Shown here: piece after piece, positions 10,783-19,860 of the stretch
How positions within the stretch are numbered: position 1 is the first letter of the stretch
Layout: each line of letters opens with the position of its first letter
From: Chiloscyllium plagiosum
Taxonomy: Eukaryota
Length of the DNA stretch: 20,000 bases
Direction of reading: 5' to 3'
Assembly (NCBI RefSeq): GCF_004010195.1
Contig: NC_057719.1
Span: forward strand, 56,036,950-56,056,949
Position numbers and translations under genes: made by a program
Notes under the pieces: generated by a model
Told to the model about the DNA's origin: nothing
Seen by the model: the letters and a program-made list of their open reading frames with translations, nothing else
Databases searched by the model: none

Positions 10783-10967
10783 GAGTCATGCAGTCATGAT
10801 GGTACAGAAGGGGGTCATTTAACCCCTTGGGTCCATACCAACTCTCTGTTGAACAATCTAGTCAGTCTCATTCCCTCTCTCTATCCATGAGGCCTTTCAA
10901 GATTATTTCTCTCAAGTTTCTCTCCAATTTCTTTGTGATCAGCTCCAGTTTCATCACCCTCATAGGC
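10783..10967 (-). mobile_element. Old CR1 3' UTR fragment
   Basis: gagtcatgcagtcatg...acagaagggggtcatttaacccc...caatctagtcagtctcattccc...atttctctcaagt...tccaattt...tcatcaccctc is the reverse complement of a CR1 3' end. Confidence 0.65.
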
Positions 10968-11099
10968 TATGAGGAAAGTACTACTCCGAGGAGGTGGCTG
11001 GGGAAGAAAATGGTTCTTGCTTACACAATCCAGAGATTTTACGTCAGATTGTAACCTGACAGTGACATGGGATTTCAAAAGACAGATAAGCAGGAACAC

Positions 11100-11700
11100 A
11101 TTGGCATGCTGCATGAATTCAGCAAAGCTGATTGCAACAACTTCAGTGATGGTTACATCAGTAATGACAAGCAATATCTCATCCAAGGCAATGCCGACAT
11201 GAGTTCATACTTGTACTCTGCTACTGAATCCTGTCATATGCCACCTTTCCTGTGAGAGAGAAGGAAGAGAGTTAGTGAGTGCATTGCACTGTGTTTGACT
11301 GACATGCTTGTCATAACGAATAGCTGGAAGTATGTGGAAATTGTGAGATGTGGATGTGAGGATTGCAGCAATATTAAGTGTGAGAGAGTGATGCGTAGTA
11401 CAAGAATCTGACAAATAAATGCTGAGTTTTACAGACCATTGATAATGTGAGTGATGGGAATATGGTGCATTGAGCAACATGCAGGTTAGTGATACACATG
11501 GTAGGATATTACAATATTTCACAGACCTTAAGCTCTGTAAATTTATTCACAGGCCTTAAGCACTATGGCTATATCTTCCAACACTGCATCAGACACCCAG
11601 TGTTGTCCCCCATGGGTATCTGCTTTCACTGCCTTCACAGTAGCAATCAACCCTGCCAGCACCCTGGAGAATTGTTGCTTCTGGCCTCGTTTCAACTTCC
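11100..11700 (-). mobile_element. Possible second, highly decayed two-exon Harbinger Myb/SANT-like relic
   Basis: Minus strand: KRGQKQQFS..L..LIATV...LEDIA...*CLRPVNKFTELK|gt (about 11692-11527), strong acceptor ctcactaactctcttccttctctctcacAG (AG at 11251-11250), then KVAYDRIQ*QST, resembling EKVAHNRRE..TGGG. Confidence 0.4.
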
Positions 11701-12253
11701 TGCACTAAGCCCTCCAACATCACTTCTGAGAACTAAAGACATGATAAGATAAAACAGCGGAGCAACAGTAGACCCTTGACCATACTCGTCCATTGAGTAC
11801 ATTCATGGCTGATTTTCTGCCTCAACTTCACTTTCCTGCCTGCTCCCCACACGATTCCTTGCTGGATCAACCTTAAGTATTTTCAATAGTGGAACATCAG
11901 CAACCCTCTACGATAACAATTCCAAACATTCACAGCCCTCTGAATGAAGCAATCTCAACCCTAAATGATTAAATCTTTATCCTGAAACACTGGGTTTCTG
12001 ATTCTCCAGGCAGCCATAAAAGTCAGCAACATGGAAACAGGCCTTTTTGGCCCAGTTTTCACAATTAATCTAGTCCCATTTGCCTGCATTTGGTTCATAT
12101 CCCTCCATACTTATCTCATCCATGTATCTGTCCAAATGTTTCTTAAATGACAAAACTACACTCGCCCCCTACTATTACCTCTGGCAGTCTGTTCCAGACA
12201 CTCACCACCCTCTGTGTGAAAAAAGTGCCCCTCTGGACCCCTTTGTATCTCTC

Positions 12254-12455
12254 TGGAGTAGAGTGGTGCTGGAAAAGCATAGCAGTTCAGGCAGCATCCG
12301 AGGAGCAGGAAAATCTGACGTTTCGGGCAAAAGCCCTTCATCAGGAATACAGCTTCGGATTTTCCTGCTCCTCGGATGCTGCCTGAACTGTTGTGCTTTT
12401 CCAGCACCACTCTACTCCAGAATCTGGTTTACAGCATCTGCAGTCATTGTTTTTA
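12254..12455. mobile_element. Short non-coding PLE insertion with long inverted pLTR arms, tail and TSD
   Basis: TSD ccctttgtatctctc at 12239-12253 and 12456-12470. 64-bp inverted repeat 12252-12315 / 12358-12421 with 2 mismatches. Single-copy tail atctggtttacagcatctgcagtcattgtttttacc. Confidence 0.92.
12317..12348 (-). ncRNA. Minimal type-I hammerhead ribozyme motif, intact core
   Basis: Minus strand reads attc CTGATGA a GGGC tttt GCCC GAAA CGTC (core 12344-12317). One extra base follows C17 relative to the other copies. Confidence 0.82.
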
Positions 12456-13682
12456 CCCTTTGTATCTCTCCCCTATCACCTTAAACCTATGCCGTCCAAT
12501 TTTAGACTCTCCTACGATGGGGAAAAACTAATGGCTATATATTTTGTCTAATCCTCTCATGAGTTAATAGACCTCTATAAAGTCACCCCTCGTCTCCTAT
12601 GCTCCAGGAAAAAATAGTCCCACTCACCTTCTCTTTATAATTCAAACCTTCCAGTCAATCTCTTCTGTTCTATTTCTAGTTTAATAAGCCAGAGCAAATG
12701 ACTTTTCAGTCTCCATCCTGTCAAGCTCTTTCAGAATCTTGTGAGTTTCAACTACATCACTTTTTACTCTTCTCAACTCCAAGAAATTCAGGCCCAATTT
12801 ACTCAGTCTGACCTGTTTACCTTTGTGCGTAATGCACTTTCCAGTTCTCTTTGAGGTTGACTTTATGAAGTACAAGCCTATTTGGTGCTGGCTACACAAG
12901 AACCTGGGTTTAATGGTGAGCTGTGCAGCTACCCAATGGCACATTTAATGCTGGGTTGAGCATTAGAATGATTATATCAAGCTGGTAGCAAGAAGTTTGC
13001 ATGTTGACTGCTCTATTCCCAAAGGGCACAAGATAGTGACATATCACCAATTTCAGGGGCTATACAATTTTGGTCTATTGAATTCTAATGTATAATGATG
13101 TAATAAAATTAACTGGCTCAGACAGCACACCACACCCTGCTTCACCCTGGTCCAACAAAAAGCAGAGTACTACTGCTCAACCTAACTCAGGAGCAATACC
13201 AATGTGTTAGATATCTAACTCTGGGGAGTCATGAAGATTGTTTCTGAAACATTGCAATTAACACTGCTTGAGTGGTGTCTGGCTTAATAGCTAACAAAGC
13301 ACTTCCATTGTCACAGGACTTCAAAATAAACATGCACCCAACTGAAATTGATAGACCTAAATGTAACCCGCTCCAATACCATCCCTCAATAGTCAGCCAA
13401 TGGTTGACTGAAAACATCACCAGCTGCAATCTGGTCACTTGACCTGAGTGGTGAAGTCCCAAATTTCAACCTTCCACTGAACATCTGAGCACCCCTTGAG
13501 AAAGGGCCAGGGAAGATATAGGAGCAGCTCAAATTGTGACTGTAGCTATCCAAGTCTGAACCTTCACCCATAAACTGAACTTCTTTCCTGAGAAACCCAT
13601 TCCTGGTATATCAAAACCATCCACACTGAAGCTGAAGCTTTTAAATGGATTGTTTACCTCAATGTCAAATCATTCGTACTTC

Positions 13683-13745
13683 AGTACAGATTAAAGCCAT
13701 TTTAATTTTTAAAAATGATTTTTTAAAATGGCTTTAATCTGTACT
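13683..13745. repeat. Perfect 23-bp inverted repeat with 17-nt AT-rich spacer
   Basis: agtacagattaaagccattttaa (13683-13705) and ttaaaatggctttaatctgtact (13723-13745). Confidence 0.95.
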
Positions 13746-13869
13746 TTTGTTGGTGTAAAAAGAAAGTGGGATGTGAGGAATTATAGCTAGAGCTTTCTAT
13801 GGCAGGAAAATGAGTAGGATGACCTGTTTCAGCTTTCTGAGACCATGTTACAGGAAGGAAGTGGGGTGT

Positions 13870-14341
13870 TTGGAGGTTTACCAGGATGTTGCCTGGATCA
13901 GAGGATGTGAGGTATAAGGAGAGGCTAGAAAACCTCAGGTTGTTTTCTCTCCAGTGGCGGAGGCTCCATGGAGACTTGATAAAAGTCTGTAAAATTATGA
14001 GGTGCATAGTTAGGATTGACAGTCAGAATCATTTTTTCTCAGAGTTGAAATGTCTAATACAAGGGGGCATGCATTTAAGGTGAAAGGGGACAAATTCAAA
14101 GAAGATGCGAGGGGCAAGGTTTTTACACAGAGCATGATCGGGTCTGGAACGTATTACCAGAGGTAGTGGTGGAGGCAGATACAATAGAGACATTTAAGGG
14201 ACTTTTAGATAAGCACATGAATATGCAAGAAATGGAGAGATATAGATCAAGGGTAGGCAGAAGGGATTAGTTTAATTTGGCATCATGTTCAGCCCAACAT
14301 CATGGGCTGAAGGGCCTGTTCCTGTGCTGTAATGTTCTATG
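13870..14341 (+). mobile_element. CR1 LINE 3' fragment
   Basis: RFTRMLPGSEDVRYKERLENLRLFSLQWRRLHGDLIKVCKIMR, then TRGHAFKVKG in a shifted frame, and 3' end gggctgaagggcctgttcctgtgctgtaatgttctatg. Confidence 0.92.
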
Positions 14342-15920
14342 AAAACATAAATGTGGGTACAAGGAGATTAACCTAAATCAGTTACAAAAAGGATAAGTAC
14401 TAAGCTAACTCTCATGGATAATCACATAATACTGTTGATTAGCTTCTTTTGAAAAATAATTGCCTTATAAACTTAGTTAAGGATCAGTTTGAACATTTCA
14501 AAATGCTCTATGATGATTAACTACTCTGTGGAACTCAATAGTTGTGTTGATGGATCAAGAATAAGTCATTTTAACAATGCATCTGGTCAAGGTTGAATAA
14601 TACATATTGTCTTGTTAGATTGATATCATGGAATTTGTTCAAGGATCAGCAAGAAAGTTCATGAAATTTATCTTCTTGTAAATGTTACCTGTGATTGTTC
14701 ACCTTACTCAGCAGAATGAGTGTTTGATTTTGAGCGATATGAGAAGATATCCATGTAAAGACATATAGCTGTGATAAAGGATTAAAAGAGGAAAAGCGTT
14801 ATTTGCTCTCCGTAAAATCCTAAGAAATTAATCGGGTTAATTTTTGTTTAGAAGGATAAATGCCTATGTACATGTGTACATATTTTCAAGCTTCTGTCTT
14901 TTCATAGCAATAGGAAAATCCTGATTAACAAAGGACACTCGCAAAAATTGCAAACCAGCATTTTTGTTCCTTTATGCAAACTGGCAGGCAAGGCAACATA
15001 ATGTAGAAGTTGATAAAAACAAGTTTATATTGATGATCTTAAACCACAGTTACTGGAATTAAAAGATTGTCATATCTTAAAAATCAGACTCCCATCTAAA
15101 GGAAATAATCACCAGGTTGGCTTTCCGAGAACAAATGAAACAATACGAACATAGAATTTGAAATTTATATACATTCATTAGAATCAAAACGTTGGCCTCA
15201 AGAAAAAAATTCAAAGTTATCAAAACTAAATTTTGAATGTAAAGGAGCTTAATCTAATTATAAATAAGCTATCACCCCTATAAGTAAGGATTTAGCTATG
15301 CAGCCTCAAACATCCCATAAATTTTGATAACAGACATAAGATTCTCTGATTGGCTTAACTCACTAGGGAGTCTCCAGATAAAGGTCGGCTGTTGAGGCTC
15401 AGTGAAAGTAATTCTCTCCCTAACTGGGACAGAGTTATATCACTAACTCTGTACACATCCCTTGGGAAAGTAAGGTAAATACCATTTTAATGATTGATGG
15501 ATATCCATTTTGCAGTTATAATAAGTAAAATTTAAATTTTCATTATTAAATCCAGATTCTCTATTAGAAATACGATGGTACTTGCTCTCTACTTTTTAAA
15601 ACCTATTTAATGAGGCAAGTGATTGCTTCCATCTGACTTTGAGTTATATTTTAATAAACTATACATGTAAACGGATATGATCTAGTTGAATTATGGAGAC
15701 ATGGGTGCAGAGTGACCAGGGATGGAAACTGAACATTACAGATATTCAGCATTTAGAAAGGACAGACAAAGGAAAAGGTAGCGGACTTGCATTGCTGACT
15801 AAACAGGATATCAACAAAATATGGAAGAAAGATATTAGCTCAGACAATGTAGCATGTGTGGGTAGAACTGAGAAACACCAGGAGGCAAAAAAGCATTACT
15901 GGGGGTGGTATGTAAATGTT

Positions 15921-16623
15921 GGAAGGTGTGATGCTGGAAAAATACAGCAGGTCAGGCAGCACCCGAGGAGCAGGAGAATCGATGTTTCGGGCATATGCCC
16001 TTCATCCGGGATGTGGGGATGGGGGAAGTGGGCTGAGAGATAAATGGGGGGAGTTGGGGCTGAGGGGAAGGTATCTGGGAAGGTGATAGGTAGATGCAGG
16101 TGTGGGCTAATGGTGATATGTCAGAGCGGAAGGTGGAACAGATAGGTGGGAAGGAAGATGGACAGGTAGGACAGTTCAAGTGGACAGTGCCAAGTTGAAG
16201 GGTTGGATCTGGGATGAAGTGGGGAGAGGGGAGATGAGGAAACTGTTGAAATTGACATTGATGCTGTGTGGTTGGAGGTTCCCAAAGCAGAAGATAAAGC
16301 GTTCTTCCTCCAGGCATAGGGGGTTTGGATTTGGCGATGGAGTAGACCCCAGGACATGCATGTGCTTGGGGGACTGGGAGGGAGTGTTGAAGTGATTGGC
16401 CATATGGAGGTAAGGTTGTTGGTGCATGTGTCCCAGAGATGTTCTTCAAACGTTCTGTGAGTTGGTACCCAGTCTCTCCGATGTAGAGAAAACCACATCA
16501 AGAGCAACAGACACAGTAGCTGAGGTGTTTGGCTGTGCCGGAAAATCTCTACTGGATGTGGAAGGATCCTTTGGGGCCTTGGGTGGAGGTGAGAGGGAAG
16601 ATATGGGCACAGGTTTTACACCT
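15921..16623 (-). mobile_element. Penelope-like element 3' portion: GIY-YIG endonuclease relic + 3' UTR + pLTR
   Basis: Minus strand: CKTCAHIFPLTSTQGPKGSFHIQ*RFSGTAKHLSYCVCCS*CGFLYIGETGYQLTER/FEEH...MANHFNTPSQSPKHMHVLG...LEEERFIFCFGNLQPHSINVNF, the PLE CxxC linker and GIY-YIG signature. Confidence 0.92.
15976..16012 (-). ncRNA. Degenerate hammerhead motif in PLE pLTR
   Basis: Minus strand reads catcc CGGATGA a GGGC atat GCCC GAAA catc gattc. U4 has become G and ACGT has become ACAT, so it is predicted inactive. Confidence 0.65.
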
Positions 16624-18140
16624 AGTGATATAAAAAAGACCAAACTATATAGCTACGATGTTGGGAAGGATATTAAACAGAAAATCAGAGATATGTACGA
16701 AAAGGAATAGATAATGTATGGATAAATGTAATCCACATATAGCTCAGGAAAATCAAATCAGTCACAAATATCATATCAGGAAGGAATTCCTAGAGTGGTT
16801 ACGAGAGGTTTTCTGGACTAATACATTGAGGAAACAACCAGAGAACAGACCATTTTAGTCTGACATATACAATGGGGAAGATCCTTATGCACGGACAAAG
16901 GAAGGGAAGTTAAAGATAGCATAAAATGGTATGAGGAAAGTTAGAGGTAGTATGAGATGCATAAAAGAGTAGCACACAAGTTGGAAAGAAAAACAATAGA
17001 TCAGAGGATTGGAAACAACTTCGAAGTCAACAAGATGATTGATTAAGAAGGAGAAAATAAAATATGAGAGTGAGTTTGCAACGAACATTATAACAGACTG
17101 TAAAAGTTTCTGTAGGTACATAAATAGAAAAATATTGTTGAAAACTAATGCAGATCCTTTGCAGTCAGAAACGGGGTATTTATAATGGGTGACAAACTAA
17201 TTTCATATTTCACTTCTATTTTCTCACAGGAGGACACAAATAACATCCCAGAAAATGATCAGGAACACAAGCTTTAGTGAGAGGGGGTAACTGAAGCAAA
17301 TGGGTATGAGGAGAGAAATTGAATTGGAGAAAATAATGTGATTGAAGGCAGATAAATACCCAGGGTCCGATAACCTACATTCCAGAATACTGGAGGAAGT
17401 GACCCGAGAAAAAGTGGGTGCATTGGTGGCAAGTAGTCATCTTCCGAGATTCTTTACACTCTGGAACAGTTTGTATAAATTGGGGGGGGCTGGCTAATAT
17501 AATCTCAATATTTAAAAAGAGAGGTAGAGAAAACCGGGGAATTATAGGCTAGTGAGTCTGACATATACAATGGGGAAGATGCTAGAGTCCAGTATGAAAG
17601 CTTTTACAGCAAAGCATTTAGAAAACAGTGATAGAATCAGACATGGTCAGCATGGATTTGCTAAAGGGAAATCATGTTTGATAAATCTACTGGAATGTCT
17701 CAAAAATGTAGCTAGTAGAGTTGATCAGGGGAGCCAATAGATATCATTTAGTGGACTTTCAGAAGGCTCCCACATAAGAGATGAATGTGTAAAATTAAAG
17801 CACATGGAATTGGAGTAGTGTATTCCAATGGATAGAAAATTGGTTAGCAGACAGGAAACAAAGAGTAGGAAAAAAATTCAACTTTTTCTGAATGGCAGGC
17901 AGTGACTAGTGGGATACTGCAGAGAATCATTGTACGAACCCAACTATTCACAATATATGCTAATGATTTAGATGAGGGAACTGAATCCAATATCTTAAAA
18001 TGTGCAGATGGCACGAAGTTCAGTGGAACACTGAGCTGTGAAGAGATGTTGCAAAGTTATTTGGATAGGTTGAGTAAGTGGCCAAATGCATGGCAGATGC
18101 GGTATAATGTGGAAAAATATGAGGTTACCTACATTGGTAT

Positions 18141-18686
18141 GTTTTAATTTATTCATCAATGGTTGGCCAACATTTATTGCCCATTCATCGTTGCCCTTGA
18201 GAGGGTGGTGAGTGAGCAGCCTTTTGAATCCCTGCAGTCCACCTGCTGTGGGTTGACCCACAATGCCATTAGGGAGGAGATTCCAGGGTTTTGAACCAGC
18301 GACAGTGAAGGAACAGCAATATACTTCCATGTCAGGATTTTGAGAGTCTTGGACGGCAACTTTAAGGTGGCAGTGTTCCCATGTATCTGCTGCCCTTGTC
18401 CTTCTAGATGGAAATGTTCATGGTTTTGGAAGGTCCTGTCTGAGGATCTTTGGTGAATTTCTGCAGTGTACCTTGTAGATAGTACGCACTGCTGCTGTTG
18501 AGTGCTGGTGGTGGAGGGAGTGGATGTTTGTGGATGTGGTGCCAATCAAGTGGCTGTTTCGTCCTGGATGGTGTCAAGCTTCTTGAATGTTGTTGGGCCT
18601 GCACTCGTTCAGGCAAGTGGGGAGTATTCCATCACCTCCTGACTTGTGCCTTGGAGATAGTGGACAGGCTTTTGGGAGTTGGGAGG
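18141..18686 (-). mobile_element. 3' end of a second LINE family (CR1/L2 group), inserted into the CR1
   Basis: Minus strand: LSTISKAQVR/VMEYSPLA*TSAGPTTFKKLDTIQD...NIHSLHHQ..AAVRTIYKVHC...SFTVAGSKPWNLLPNGIV...LQGFK, and tail gggcaataaatgttggccaa...tgaataaattaaaa. Splits the host between EVTYIG and GSKNRKAD. Confidence 0.85.
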
Positions 18687-18837
18687 TGTGGTAGCAAAAA
18701 CAGGAAGGCAGATTTTTATTTGAATGTCTGTAAATTGAGATAAAGGAATGTTTAATGAGACTAGGGCATCCTCAATCACCAATCACTGAAAGTAAGTGTG
18801 CAGGTGCATAAGGCATTAAAGAAGGCAAACAGGGGAT

Positions 18838-18850
18838 CCAAGATGGCGGC
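18838..18850 (+). promoter_or_regulatory. YY1-type motif at L1 5' terminus (internal promoter element)
   Basis: CCAAGATGGCGGC, matching the YY1 consensus AAGATGGCGGC at the position where vertebrate L1s carry it. Confidence 0.7.
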
Positions 18851-19002
18851 GACCCAGCAAGACTGAGTCTTTAGTGTTCCTCCCAAGACTTGGGTACAGT
18901 GGGTCACCCACCCCCTACCACGCTCACCAAATCATTTATAATAGTTGTGTAATTTAATTAGTTGTGTAATATTACATTTAAACAATTTAATCCTAAGTTA
19001 AA

Positions 19003-19860
19003 ATGACTAAAGGGAAGGGAGCCCGCAGCTCTCAGCAAGCAGGAACCCCTCCCCCACCCTCTCCAGCTGCAGCAGAGGCGTCCACAGCCGCCCCGGGGGA
19101 CTTACCAACAGTAACAAGCCTTGCAGACATGATTTCCAAGCTTGATTCGAAGATCGATGCCTTTATTGCAGAATCCAGAAATCATTGGGACTCGCTCTCG
19201 GCCGCGCTGCAGAAGCACGACCGAGAAATTCAAGAAATTGAGCGCCGAGTCGGAGGGGGGGAGTTAAAGGCCGCGACCTCCGAAAATACCGCTCAATCGG
19301 CCGTGGATCAGGTCCGGACTCTCGAGCAGCGAGTCCGGACCTTGGTAAATCACATTGACAACCTCGATAATCGAGGTCGTCGAAAAAATATTCGTTTGCT
19401 GGGCCTTCCCGAATGGGAAGAGGAAGGCCAGCTTACAGCATTCCTGGAGCAGTGGCTGCCACAGCTTTTAAATCTGCAAGCTGGATCAGGCCAGGTAAGG
19501 GTGGAATGGGCCTACCGGGTCGCAATACGCGGGCCCGGCTCGAACCAGCGCCCGCGCCCGGTCCTGTTCCGGCTGCAGAGTTACAAGGAGAGGCAGAAAC
19601 TCCTAGAAGCCTCTAGAAATCGCGGAAAAGACCCCCAAGCTATGATCTACAAAGGATCCAAGATCATGCTATTTCAGGACTTTTCCCCGGCTCTGGCTCG
19701 AAAGAGGAAGGCATTCGATGAGGTGAAGAAGCGTTTAAGGGACTTAAATGTACAGTACTCCTTACGCTACCCAGCGATGTTACGCTTTAACCAAGAAGGA
19801 TCCGTATATACCTTTGGATCACTAGAAAAGGCTAAAGAATTCTTGGACTCTCTTAGATAA
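19003..19860 (+). CDS. L1 ORF1p (coiled coil, RRM, CTD; Transposase_22-like), 285 aa
   Basis: ATG in good context and an open frame. Heptad coiled coil, NLDNRGRRKNIRLLGLPE, VEWAYRV (ERAHR variant), RPRPVLFRL, YKGSKIMLFQDFS...RKRKAF, YSLRYPAMLR. Confidence 0.93.
   Translation: MTKGKGARSSQQAGTPPPPSPAAAEASTAAPGDLPTVTSLADMISKLDSKIDAFIAESRNHWDSLSAALQKHDREIQEIERRVGGGELKAATSENTAQSAVDQVRTLEQRVRTLVNHIDNLDNRGRRKNIRLLGLPEWEEEGQLTAFLEQWLPQLLNLQAGSGQVRVEWAYRVAIRGPGSNQRPRPVLFRLQSYKERQKLLEASRNRGKDPQAMIYKGSKIMLFQDFSPALARKRKAFDEVKKRLRDLNVQYSLRYPAMLRFNQEGSVYTFGSLEKAKEFLDSLR

Larger units (their letters stand above)
12015..12687 (-). mobile_element. Younger CR1 3' fragment nested in the older CR1, itself split by a PLE
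   Basis: catggaaacaggcc...ctagtcccatttgcctgcatttgg..catatccctc...caccaccctctgtgtgaaaaa...ccttaaacctatgcc...acctctataaagtcacccctc; homologous to 2462-2950. Confidence 0.85.
11736..12810 (-). mobile_element. Old CR1 3' fragment in two pieces (11736-12014 and about 12688-12810)
   Basis: 3' UTR (ggagcaacagtag...catggctgat...cctcaacttcactttcctgcc) and aattccaaacattcacagccctctgaatgaag. Resumes after the younger CR1 with LSKLGLNFLELRRVKSDVVETHKILKELDRME. Confidence 0.75.
15665..18831 (+). mobile_element. Long decayed CR1 ORF2 (APE endonuclease, tether, RT) hosting three later insertions
   Basis: METWVQSDQGWKLNI, RKDRQ.GKGSGLALL, DVGKDIKQKIRD, EETTREQTIL, DCKSFCRYINRK, ADKYPGSDNLHSRILEEV, GNYRLVSLT, QHGFAKGKSCLINLLE, DFQKA, LFTIYANDLDEG, KCADGTK, WQMRYNVEKYEV, GSKNRKADFYLN, HQSLKVSVQVHKALKKAN. 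Many stops and frameshifts. Confidence 0.92.

Noticed and set aside
12252..12421. Long inverted repeats as a DNA-transposon MITE
   Set aside because: The arms are homologous to the PLE pLTR, there is an asymmetric tail, and the TSD is 15 bp. This fits Penelope-type retrotransposition rather than cut-and-paste TIRs.
18942..18970. 12-bp direct repeat tagttgtgtaat x2 in the L1 5' UTR
   Set aside because: Only two units; most simply a slippage duplication, and no function is supportable.
19413..19616. 67-aa overlapping ORF within L1 ORF1
   Set aside because: Alternative frame of GC-rich coding sequence; no independent evidence.
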